Of a stretch of 64,000 bases of DNA, positions 24,969-37,288 are shown in pieces (position 1 is the stretch's first letter; every line of letters starts with the position of its first letter). The stretch is from Epithemia pelagica (taxonomy: Eukaryota; Protista; Bacillariophyta). The DNA is taken from assembly GCA_946965045.2 (NCBI GenBank), contig OX337231.1:62001-126000 (forward strand), written 5' to 3'. The position numbers and the translations under genes are program-made. The notes under the pieces were generated by a model. That model worked only from the letters and a program-made list of their open reading frames with translations. It was not told where the DNA came from and ran no database searches.

Positions 24969-27456
24969 ATGGACGAGAAAAAACCTCCTCCTATCCGCCG
25001 TTCAGACCGGCAAATTCAGCTTCTCCCCCCTTCACCGAACCAACAAACTCGATCCACTCGTCTCAAGAAAGGTGTGTCGGTGGAACAAAGCTTCAAAGAA
25101 CGCGAACGAATCGCCCGCATTTGCAGAAATTTTCGGAAGGAAGAGTTTAAGCCTTGTTCGGTGTTCGGACAAGATCGAGTTGCTAGGTTTCGTGGTGGTT
25201 TCTTCTTCTGTGGCAATTGTACGATGGCTGACAATCAAGAACTTGCCAACCCTGACCGAGAGATCAACCGTTTCTCTGGTCAATACAAGTGCAGAGCCCG
25301 TCATCGAACGACTATATACCCTACGGATCGCATGATAGACGAGAGAGAGAGAGAGAAAGAAAAGAACAAAAGGAAACAGTCTGCCATGAAGACAGCTCCC
25401 ATCCAACCCGTCACTGAGCCGTCGACGACCGTCAATCTAGACAAGGATGACCTTCCTCTCGAAGTTCCTGTACCAAAGAAGAAACGCAAACCCAAGTTTC
25501 GATTGAGTACTCGTCGTAAAAAGAGTCGCAAAACCGAGCCTCCTGTTGTCTCGTACCAAAATGAGGGTGAATCATCTGCCACGGAAACTCAATCGAAGCA
25601 AAGTTCTTTTGAGTCGGAAAACAAACCAAACCAAGTTCCTTCCGAGTCTGAAAACCAATCCACAACAGAATCACAATCCAAGCAAACTTCTGTCGGGTCC
25701 GACAACGAACCTGCAACTCAATCCAAGCAAGCGCATTCCGACTCCGACAAACAAGCTGACGTTGATGAAGATTCTTCTTCTGATTCATCCGACGAAGAAG
25801 TTATACAATTCCTAGATCAATGGTGTCAAAACGACCCTATTGATTTAACCAAGACTGTTTCCCCCCGTTGTGGCTCGCCCCCTCCGCCTTTGCCTGTTAC
25901 GACGTCGCAGAATACGGAAGGCCAAGAGAACTTCGCTGCACCAGTTCCGTGTCCTCCTCACATCTTACCGTCACAAATGTTCCCAGTAGCTGAGATGACC
26001 GACCAAATTGCCACTCTCCGTGACAAATTAGAGAAGGCGAACAACGACAAAGTCCGCCTCCAACGTCTTCTTGCGTCGGAAAGGAAGAACAGCAAGTCTC
26101 GGTACGACCGAATCCGATATCTCGAGAGAATTCTCGCCAGTCGACAAGAAAGTAAGGAACTCATGCATGTTCCCACAACATGTTCAAAAAAAGAGAACGC
26201 GGACACAATCGTTCTGCATGTCAGGGATGTCATCGAAGAGGCCGTTAGCCGACATGGTACCGACAGTCATCGTGCTACAACATTCTTCAATCAACTGGCC
26301 TTGATGCTCATTTATGGTGGCGTCCATCACAACCAGTTAAGAGACTGCATTGTGAAGCAAGTTGGCAAATATTTGCGCGCCAATGTATTCACCCCGTTTG
26401 AAATTCTCCGGCAAATGGACTTGGCTGGTGGTCGCTTGAGTTACTCTGGAGTGGAGGTGTTACGACGATGCGAGACGAAAGGCGCCAAAGGGATACACAC
26501 CATCCTTCCTTCGGCCGCAGCATTAAAGGCGTATGCATCACATGTGGAAGCATATGCTGACACATTCATCCCCTTCAAGATGATCCGCAACTTGAAAGAC
26601 CATTCTGAGGGCTTCTATTTCCGCGGAGCGGACATGATGACCCATGTACTCGAGACCCAAGACATGATCGCAAACGAGGCCCAAGAATCCAACCGAACGG
26701 TGTCGATGTCGATGGACGCCGCGAGATTGAGTAACAATTTGACTCACACCCTTGGCGGCTTCAAATTCAACGATGAAAGCAACCCTCTAAAACAGTCTTT
26801 AATGGCTGTTTACCCCCAGGTTTGCATACTTTGCAAGGAAACCAAGGCTACGACTCGTGGCATTTTCGCCATGATGCATAAGGAAAACAAGGAAGCAGGC
26901 GATACAGTGCTTCCGTCAGAATACGGGGTTGAGAAGATAAGCACTCCCTTCGATTCAGACATTTGTTCCGATTGGAAACTTTCTGACAAGGGAGGTGCCG
27001 CCAAGAACGTTACGTACCCATGTAGTAAATGCAACATCACCAGTGCGCATCTCGCCTCTCCAAACGCCGCCATGGAGCAGTGAAAATGGTGTATTGAGCT
27101 TGGCTACACCGAATTAGAGGACTGGAACTGCTACCATTCCTCTATGTGTACCGAGGAATTCATCGGTAAACTCGAGGTGGATGTGAAACAATTCAAGAAA
27201 GAGATGCCAACGATCTCTAAGAAACTTGAATCTTTGTGGAAAAAGTCCAAGATCAAAGTTAATCGGACCGAAGACCCGAGACTCAGTGCCACTCCAATCG
27301 AAAAGACTGCATTGACATCGATTCATTTCGACGTAGCCGCGGCCACAATCGAACGTCGTCGAATGTACTCTGAACATTTGTCGGACGACCTTACAATACG
27401 CCATATGGATCTGTCCGGAACAATGCAGGAACAACAAGACAGACCCAAGCATCAGC
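24969..27456 (+). pseudogene. 3'-truncated copy 2 of the RAG1/Transib-like transposase
   Basis: Same as copy 1. TGA at 27081-27083; cut at 27456. Confidence 0.8.
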
Positions 27457-30400
27457 CCTCTCTGGATGGATGGATGGAACGCAGCAGTAGCAGCAACCAC
27501 CACCACCACCGTAACCACTCGTTGAGTTGTGAAAAAGACTGTTTCGTCACACACACACGCAGCAATCCACCCGAGTCTTTGGGAGTAGAGTGGTGTGGTT
27601 CCATACCACACACACACACAAACCCAACAAGAAAGACGACAGGAGACAGGATTCACCAGGACAAGCGACACACGCGGTGCTTCCAAACCAGTTCCTAAAG
27701 CGCACAACACGTTTCTACGAGTTCCACACCCTCTTCTCGATTGACTGTCGCTCTCGTTACCAGCCAGCAAGAATAAGAAGAACCATGAAACAAGTGGTGG
27801 TGGTGGTACTCTTGGTTGGTATCGACGACAATGACACATTAGACAAGATCCGCACTCACCCACCTTGTCTCCTGGTGTTTGACTGTTTTCCTTGTCCATG
27901 ATGCGAACCCAAACGGCCGTTGCTTGGTGTTGCGTCGTGGCATGTCTGGCTCACAACGGTGGTCAGTGTTGTGGGTTTTCTTCCTGGCTGTCACACGGTT
28001 TGCAATGTTATTCGCCGAATACGCCAATCATGGAGGCAGACTCCGTGTCCCTTTTCTAGCTTCTACTATTTATCGGCGCGAGCAGAACCGTCACGATTCG
28101 AATCCGCTGCTGCTTTGGAGGAACTCGGCCAACGACAATTGGTGCACAGTTCCATGGAACGGAACTCACAAAATTTGGCGTTGTACTGACAAATCAGATT
28201 TCAATTGCTGCACATGTTACGCAATTTGTTCTCGAACCATTCTCCTGCCTTTCGACTCGGCCTCGTCGTCAAGCCGATCGACCAAGGTTTCCAACCAATG
28301 TGGTTTGCCATTTCTATCAGAAGGCTTGTGTTGTTCTAGAGGCGGACGGTCATCTTGTTTGCTTACAGGACGGCCGCCAATTATGAAAGGAGCTGAGTTA
28401 CAGAAGTATTCCGAAATGGATCAACGCAACGCTTGAGAATCCTGGCCGTGTGTTCTCGGTGTCGCTCTCTCCTGTTGTTGTTTTAGTCTAACAGAGTCTA
28501 GCCTTGTCGATCTTCCGAATGGCACGTTTTCTGCGACCGTGATTGGTCGCACGATGTGTCGAAACGGATCCCGATTTATACGGGACTGACCCCTTAAATC
28601 AGTCGGGCGGATTTGGAACCTCCTCGATCATCCTCACAAACCATCACAGCATCGAATAATGGGACGTGGGACCAGTTGGAGTTGTAGGCAATCGGGGTTG
28701 ACAAAGAAACCAGCTCACAACAACAGAACATTGTCTCCATCGAGCCCGAGAAATGTGCGTCGTACCAATATGATGATTCTTTCCAAATCTGAAAAAAACT
28801 ACAGTAGAAGAGTAAGATATTAAATACCAAAAGAGACAGTATCTATTCCAACAAGAACTTGCACTAAAGAAGTCACACCAGCCAAAGGGTAGAAGTCGAT
28901 GATTTCCTTGAGCATCGCACAGACTGCCTTGTGGTGACGATCGGAAACACTCGTGAGCATCAACACACCATTTCGTTGTTGTTTTCATTGTAGAATGTTG
29001 TATAATTCGTTGATTCTTCATTGTTATCAGAGGGTGAGAGAAGCATATCTCATCTTGTCCCCTCGTTGCAATTGTATCATACTCAAAGCTCCTCCTGATC
29101 ATGACTGACATGGACAGATGGAACAAGCCAGACGAGAATATCATGAGAGGAAGCGGACGGATGTCACAAGGAATCAACTCGTACTCGGAATAGCGTGGAC
29201 GTTTCGCCGGTGGATTGTGGTGTGGTTTCTCCAGTCGTCCTCCTGCTTCGTACCAACCATAGTCTCGGTATCCTTGCACCAACCACACAGGCTTGGATGC
29301 GGAGTGAGTCTTTTTCTAAAGCTCTGCTTAGCCATTCTCCCTTTGTTCCCTTGTTGTTGGTTTTGAGCAATCGAATGACTCCACAGTGCTTTCGACTGTT
29401 CGTTTGTGGGTCGTGCAGGGAAACGGCGTCAATCTCTTTCTCTCTGTCTCTCTCTCTTTCGAGACGACCACGAGACAACATGCTCCCCATTCCTCCTCGT
29501 GTCTGGACTGTACCCCGAACAGCTCTGATTGTAGGTGTTGTGGTGCAAAAAGTCGGTCCTGATTGGTCCCCCTGGTCAGCACAGTGTGGCACTCATTCCA
29601 ACCGAGCGCACTTGCAATCCTCCTAGTGCGTTTTGGTTTGGGAATTCTCCGAGCAGCAACAAGGACAACCGACATGGAATTCCTGGTGGATTTTGTCCTG
29701 GCGGCTTGTCTCGTCTCGCGTCAATATCAACGACCGATTCACCACCAAGCAGCATTCCATGACATGACGACTCGTGTTCTGGCTGGCACTGGTCATTCGT
29801 ATTGGTGGAGAACATCCGGAGTTTTATTTCCATGTCCGTTGGGTCGTTCCCATTCTCTCTATGCTTCCTTGTATTATGTTGACTGTCTCCTTCTTCTCCT
29901 TGATCCAAATCAATGCCTTTGTTTCTTCTTTTGGGCTGTGTTTGGACAGCCATTTTGGTTGGACTGCAGGCAGTGAGTGTGGTGCAGAATGACCACAGTC
30001 CGTTTGGCGATTTTGTGGTGGTGGTCCGACAGGTCCATGTCGGTCGACTCGCAGAGCTGCGCGCTCGACGGATTGAGAGCTCGCAGTCGCCGTTGCTGAC
30101 AGACAGTATCAATGCGAACAACCGACACAGACTGACTTTAGCTGAATGATCGACCACGAGCAAATGACATCAATTACTGACTGACTGACAATAGTTTCTG
30201 GTCGTCGATCGTCGATACCAAGGATGCAAGTTCGTCGCGTCGCCACCCACGGCCTGACGTGACACGTTTGACGAATGACGAACATCTGACGAACTGGACG
30301 AAAGAACGTCACCCTCGACCAACTGGGATACACACAGGGCAACGACATTACGAGCAGCTACACTCCCAACGCACGCGCGAGCCTCGCCAGCGACCAATCT

Positions 30401-30976
30401 CCACCATCTCAGAAACCCAAAATTCACTATACCCCTAATTAGTGGAAGAGTTTTTCATTAAATGTAAGACCCCGAGCATCCGATTTTTGACCAAAACCAT
30501 CCGAGCCAACTTAGGACGCCTTAACGACAGCAATGCCCAACCTCCGACTCTGATGTAAGTATCCAATTCACTTGAGAAATAACAACTCTAGTGCACTGTA
30601 TAGTTAGATCAGCATCAGCGCACCTTCATCGATGCTCAATTACGCTCCCAAAAGCGCCCTCGGCTGAGACACCAAAATATGAGGGAGATGCACTACTGAC
30701 ACTCGGCTCACTCGATCGCCCACCCTACGGAACATTTTTTTTATACGTAATTGTATAGAGCATAACAATTGAGTCGCAGGTTATTCGTCGTTCAATCATC
30801 CATTTCAAAGTTTGGGCCTCTCTTCCGAAAGGAGCATCCGATGACTCCAACATGCCCAATCGAGCAATGTATCATGGATTACTCCTCCATCTCTGCACAG
30901 ATCAGCAACCCCCGTTGCTAAAGTTGACTTCATATACAGAAGGATCCTTTGGCAAGCCTGTTTTTTGTTTCATCCA

Positions 30977-33900
30977 ATGGACGAGAAAAAACCTCCTCCT
31001 ATCCGCCGTTCAGACCGGCAAATTCAGCTTCTCCCCCCTTCACCGAACCAACAAACTCGATCCACTCGTCTCAAGAAAGGTGTGTCGGTGGAACAAAGCT
31101 TCAAAGAACGCGAACGAATCGCCCGCATTTGCAGAAATTTTCGGAAGGAAGAGTTTAAGCCTTGTTCGGTGTTCGGACAAGATCGAGTTGCTAGGTTTCG
31201 TGGTGGTTTCTTCTTCTGTGGCAATTGTACGATGGCTGACAATCAAGAACTTGCCAACCCTGACCGAGAGATCAACCGTTTCTCTGGTCAATACAAGTGC
31301 AGAGCCCGTCATCGAACGACTATATACCCTACGGATCGCATGATAGACGAGAGAGAGAGAGAGAAAGAAAAGAACAAAAGGAAACAGTCTGCCATGAAGA
31401 CAGCTCCCATCCAACCCGTCACTGAGCCGTCGACGACCGTCAATCTAGACAAGGATGACCTTCCTCTCGAAGTTCCTGTACCAAAGAAGAAACGCAAACC
31501 CAAGTTTCGATTGAGTACTCGTCGTAAAAAGAGTCGCAAAACCGAGCCTCCTGTTGTCTCGTACCAAAATGAGGGTGAATCATCTGCCACGGAAACTCAA
31601 TCGAAGCAAAGTTCTTTTGAGTCGGAAAACAAACCAAACCAAGTTCCTTCCGAGTCTGAAAACCAATCCACAACAGAATCACAATCCAAGCAAACTTCTG
31701 TCGGGTCCGACAACGAACCTGCAACTCAATCCAAGCAAGCGCATTCCGACTCCGACAAACAAGCTGACGTTGATGAAGATTCTTCTTCTGATTCATCCGA
31801 CGAAGAAGTTATACAATTCCTAGATCAATGGTGTCAAAACGACCCTATTGATTTAACCAAGACTGTTTCCCCCCGTTGTGGCTCGCCCCCTCCGCCTTTG
31901 CCTGTTACGACGTCGCAGAATACGGAAGGCCAAGAGAACTTCGCTGCACCAGTTCCGTGTCCTCCTCACATCTTACCGTCACAAATGTTCCCAGTAGCTG
32001 AGATGACCGACCAAATTGCCACTCTCCGTGACAAATTAGAGAAGGCGAACAACGACAAAGTCCGCCTCCAACGTCTTCTTGCGTCGGAAAGGAAGAACAG
32101 CAAGTCTCGGTACGACCGAATCCGATATCTCGAGAGAATTCTCGCCAGTCGACAAGAAAGTAAGGAACTCATGCATGTTCCCACAACATGTTCAAAAAAA
32201 GAGAACGCGGACACAATCGTTCTGCATGTCAGGGATGTCATCGAAGAGGCCGTTAGCCGACATGGTACCGACAGTCATCGTGCTACAACATTCTTCAATC
32301 AACTGGCCTTGATGCTCATTTATGGTGGCGTCCATCACAACCAGTTAAGAGACTGCATTGTGAAGCAAGTTGGCAAATATTTGCGCGCCAATGTATTCAC
32401 CCCGTTTGAAATTCTCCGGCAAATGGACTTGGCTGGTGGTCGCTTGAGTTACTCTGGAGTGGAGGTGTTACGACGATGCGAGACGAAAGGCGCCAAAGGG
32501 ATACACACCATCCTTCCTTCGGCCGCAGCATTAAAGGCGTATGCATCACATGTGGAAGCATATGCTGACACATTCATCCCCTTCAAGATGATCCGCAACT
32601 TGAAAGACCATTCTGAGGGCTTCTATTTCCGCGGAGCGGACATGATGACCCATGTACTCGAGACCCAAGACATGATCGCAAACGAGGCCCAAGAATCCAA
32701 CCGAACGGTGTCGATGTCGATGGACGCCGCGAGATTGAGTAACAATTTGACTCACACCCTTGGCGGCTTCAAATTCAACGATGAAAGCAACCCTCTAAAA
32801 CAGTCTTTAATGGCTGTTTACCCCCAGGTTTGCATACTTTGCAAGGAAACCAAGGCTACGACTCGTGGCATTTTCGCCATGATGCATAAGGAAAACAAGG
32901 AAGCAGGCGATACAGTGCTTCCGTCAGAATACGGGGTTGAGAAGATAAGCACTCCCTTCGATTCAGACATTTGTTCCGATTGGAAACTTTCTGACAAGGG
33001 AGGTGCCGCCAAGAACGTTACGTACCCATGTAGTAAATGCAACATCACCAGTGCGCATCTCGCCTCTCCAAACGCCGCCATGGAGCAGTGAAAATGGTGT
33101 ATTGAGCTTGGCTACACCGAATTAGAGGACTGGAACTGCTACCATTCCTCTATGTGTACCGAGGAATTCATCGGTAAACTCGAGGTGGATGTGAAACAAT
33201 TCAAGAAAGAGATGCCAACGATCTCTAAGAAACTTGAATCTTTGTGGAAAAAGTCCAAGATCAAAGTTGATCGGACCGAAGACCCGAGACTCAGTGCCAC
33301 TCCAATCGAAAAGACTGCATTGACATCGATTCATTTTGACATAGCCGCGGCCACAATCGAACGTCGTCGAATGTACTCTGAACATTTGTCGGACGACCTT
33401 ACAATACGCCATATGGATCTGTCCGGAACAATGCAGGAACAACAAGACAGACTCAAGCATCAGCTCTCTCGAGAATGGTCCTATCTCGATGCCAAGGACT
33501 GCGTTGACAAGTTTGGTGCTGTGTCGGTGACTCCTGGCATTGTGATGGTCATGGAGTCAATTCCATGCATTCTTCACATGGAAATGCGTGTCGGAATCAA
33601 GATACTAACCATCTTGTTCCAAGTGGGTTTGATGAACGCGAAAAAACAACCGACTGGATTGGATTCCCAAAACGCAAAGGACGTCCTTGAAGAAGAAATG
33701 CGATGCGTTCATCAAGCGCGTCGGAGCAACAATCAACAAAGAGATCCTAGGCACAACAGATCTCTCCTTTCAATGGGAGGTGCCCATGGACAAGAAAACA
33801 AAGACCATCACAGAGGTCTCCATGAAGAATGGGCAAATCCGCAAGTGTATCAAGTCCATCGACCTGCTAATTGATCTATGTATCGCGAAAAAAACGACAA

Positions 33901-34546
33901 TACAACATGGAAAACGAGCATGGAAGAGTACAGTTTGGGAATGGATCTCGTGAAAAGGAAGGGTGATTTGTCGCGAGAGGAAGTATTGCAATTCCAGCGA
34001 CATATGGATTCCTTCTTTCAGAAATGGGTCATGCTCTATGGGGACGAGGGAGTGACGAATTACGTCCACTATCTCGGTTCAGGCCACATTGCCGAGTACC
34101 TTCTTCATTGGGGCAACATCAGCTCGCATTCCCAACAGGGATGGGAGGCCTTCAATGCTGCATTCAAGTCATTCTTCTACAACAGAACACAACGTGGTGG
34201 GGCTGTAAGCAAAGGTGAAGGCGAACGAATAAGACTCAAGCCAATGGCACGGTGGTTGCAGCGACGAATGGTGTTTATGTTAGGACACACACCGAAATCA
34301 ATCGACGTTGGCTTGGAGTTGTTTGATGAGAAACAGGAAAAGTGGTTACAAACCTGGGTGAAGAAGAATGGTGGAACAGTGGAATTCGGTCAATTCACAT
34401 CGGATGAGCACGGTGATATAGACGACGCGACAAAGAAGGAAGTCATTTTTGACTGGGAAGTAGGACCCATCTCCAACAAGTTGAAAGAATCGACTTCGTC
34501 AGATGACGATGACGAAACTGATTATGACGACGACGAAAGTATGTAG
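30977..34546 (+). pseudogene. Full-length but disrupted DDE transposase with RAG1/Transib-like core (about 1190 aa reconstructed)
   Basis: Motifs in order: SMSMD (32723), FDSDxCSDW (32960-32968), YPCSKC (33029), IPCILHMEMRVG, SMKNGQIRK, GVTNYVHYLGSGH, GNISSHSQQGWEAFN (Glu at 34145). In-frame TGA at 33089-33091; frameshifts near 33680 and in the A7 run near 33890. Confidence 0.75.
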
Positions 34547-34583
34547 GTTTGATATATAGAACTATAAGATTCAATTCTGGTTA

Positions 34584-36292
34584 CTACGAGAAGCTCTTGA
34601 CTTTCTCGGTCAAGTCTTCAATGTCATCCGTAAAAGCCAATGGCTGGCATTCCTCGTCGAGATCCTTGTTGTACAATGCTCCAGCAGTAACCATCGAAAT
34701 ATAGGTCACTTTGTTCGTAGGTTCAACTCGACCAACAAGATCGAGGTAGACTCTTGCGGGAAAGTTTTCTCCAGGCGAGTGAAAGAGAGAGTAGTTCTTC
34801 TTGTCTCGAAAGATGTTGCGAGACACATCGCAGGGTGGAATGGTGCACATAATCTCGTATTCAGAGCCATCTTGAAAGAACTTATCACCAACGACTGGCA
34901 TGTTGCTGACATGCTTGTGGGTCGTTGTCTCTTGTTGTGTTACAATGGATCCGTCGTCACTGGGGGGGGGGGGGGGGAAGATACACGACGAGGTTTTTGA
35001 CTCACAGGGGACAGAGTTGTGGAATTCGGACTATCACTGAATTCGGACGAGTCATCGGTGGAGTCGTTATCATTGATGTTGTCTACGGCGACGGGCTTGG
35101 ATGCAGGTGGCATTAGACCATCGAAATCATCCGGATCGTAGGGTGTCACCATAAGGAGACTCGTGAGGTGCTTCGATTCTGGGGTGGTTCGTAGAATGCC
35201 TGACCGCGTCATGTCGTAACGGTATCGCTCGAATGCGACAGTCAACTGGACTTGGAAGTTCGAAAAAGAAACATCCACACGTTGTCTGCACGATCGTTTC
35301 TTGAAAGGTTCTTCAACAGGGTCAGTCGAGGCATTGATGAAAGAAAGGAAATGCCCCCTTTTCAGAGAAATGCCCGCATCCCCATGCTTCAATGTAGGAC
35401 GAGCTTCACAGGAACCGTATACCGCGCTCAAACCAACCAAACGCCGCAAAATGTCAATGTCTTGGGGGGTTTGGAAGCGGATAGTACCGGCTTCGTACTT
35501 CATCCGTAACTTCTTACGGGTCATGTCCGGTTCGAGGTGGAGGAAGCTTTCGTTCCTGTCCTGTTTATGGCAAAAAAGGGATGGTTCGTTAGAGTTCGCT
35601 AACACGTAAATGTAATTGAACGTTTCCATAGGAATTGCACCAATGTTCAATGTCTGCGTGTCAAGGGCCTCTGACTGCCGGCCGCGTTTGTTGAGGATTT
35701 TAGCGAGACCCATGCGCAACAGAAACAATCCTGTCCACACATTGCGGTGAAAGCATCTAGGGGGAACGACGAGTTCGAAGGGGTTGTTCTCGGGACGATA
35801 GTTCATAGGGAAGCAGCAAATTTCGTTGGGCTGCAAGGGGACGAGAGATCGATTGGGTGGGTCTTGAAGTAAGCTTGCAGGTTCCTTGTATCGGCATATG
35901 TAAACGTTGGTGAGACCGTTTGCCCAACTATTAGCAGGATCGATGAACTCCTCCAAGGTAAAAACAAAAGCCGGGTATCTGATCTTGATATTCTGTCTGA
36001 AAAGATCGTGCGCAGGAAACCAACGGTCGGACTTGTATAGTTCAATGTGATTCGAACCAGGGCCCTCGGTCACCTTGGAGAATGAGTGAGAGGGAACGGA
36101 TGGGTGGCATTCAAGGTTGTGCTTTGGGAATAGCGGGTAGTAAAGTCGCAGACACACTGCTCCCTGGTGTTTAATCAATTGACAAACAGTTGTTGTGTTG
36201 TTGTCTTGATCGGAAAGCTTGACGTGCATGAAGGTGTTCATACGAAATACATCGTCAAAGTGAGGGACATAGATGGGCCCTTCTTGCGGCAT
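34584..36292 (-). CDS. Uncharacterised gene convergent with the transposase; ORFs of 450 aa and 105 aa probably joined across a G16 run
   Basis: Long stop-free ORF 36292-34940. Changing the length of the G16 run (34962-34977) fuses it in frame through SDDGSIVTQQETTTHKHVSN to ORF 34901-34584. Confidence 0.7.
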
Positions 36293-37288
36293 GATGGCAC
36301 CTTAGCATCAGCGATTGTTTGATTGTTCTTGTGTTGTAATTGGAACAAGTGTGGCTTGATTCAGGTCAGCTGTTGTCTTGGTATCGTTGTTCAATGGACA
36401 AGAGTAACACATTGGCATGCATCGTCCAATGGCTCTTGTAGATTGTGATTTCAACTTCCGAATGGTTACTACCAGTCAAGAATGTGAAAGAGATCGAGAC
36501 ATGTCATTTCGGAATTTAATAAATCGTTAAGAAATTAGAATTGTCCGAATGGGATTGATTGTCTGCTCTATTTATGGGCGCGTGCCAATCACTGGTGGGG
36601 AGGGCATGCTCGTTTTGGGCCAAAAGGCACGTGTGAGTGAAAAAGTTGGGAGTGGAGCTGCTCGTAATGACATGGACATAGAAGAAGGATGGTGCAACTA
36701 ACACGTAATTACTAGGAGTAGGTTAATGGATCTACTCCTATATCATTAACGATGGGCAAGAGGTTGGTCGTTTTGCTGGTCTTGTGGATCTCTTCTGAGA
36801 CTGACGCTGTCGAGCCGAGGCCACGGATCGTCATCATCACCATCACTACCATGTCAGTAGGGAGCAGGGACACAGGTGCTCACATCATTAGTACCCTTGG
36901 CCTCCATGGTTCACTTCTAAGAACTGTTTTGGAGCTTCACTCGTCGTATCGGATCGCTACATAGAGCCTTGTCCAAGAGATCAAACGAGTTTATATACTA
37001 TCGGCCTACAAGCATGTCAACAACAACAACACGTGAGTGACCCAACAACTACTAGACCAGCAAGTTCATCAACTTTGGGATCCGACCAGCAGATGACTTT
37101 CCAGCGTGTCAGCGACTGCACCATCCAGTGAATCAACAACTGCTACACCCACAAGGGAATGAACATATGCACCAACATCAGAAAGTCCCAACAATCAGTG
37201 GAAGACCCAGTACGACTACCGTAATTTGCGGATTCCTGTCCCCCCGGAATGTACAAAAATTAAGAGGAGGGGGACAGGGACAGGACTA

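Larger units (their letters stand above)
15957..33464. repeat. Near-identical tandem triplication: A(15957-21446)-L(21447-21969)-A(21970-27456)-L(27457-27979)-A(27980-33464)
   Basis: The ORF track repeats at offsets 6013, 6010 and 6008. The offset differences are explained by a 5-bp indel near 17385 and changes in CT-microsatellite length. Scattered SNPs distinguish the copies. Confidence 0.97.

Noticed and set aside
34584-36292. Partner gene as a true RAG2 homolog
   Set aside because: No kelch repeats or PHD Cys/His pattern are visible; only the orientation and the acidic hinge are similar.
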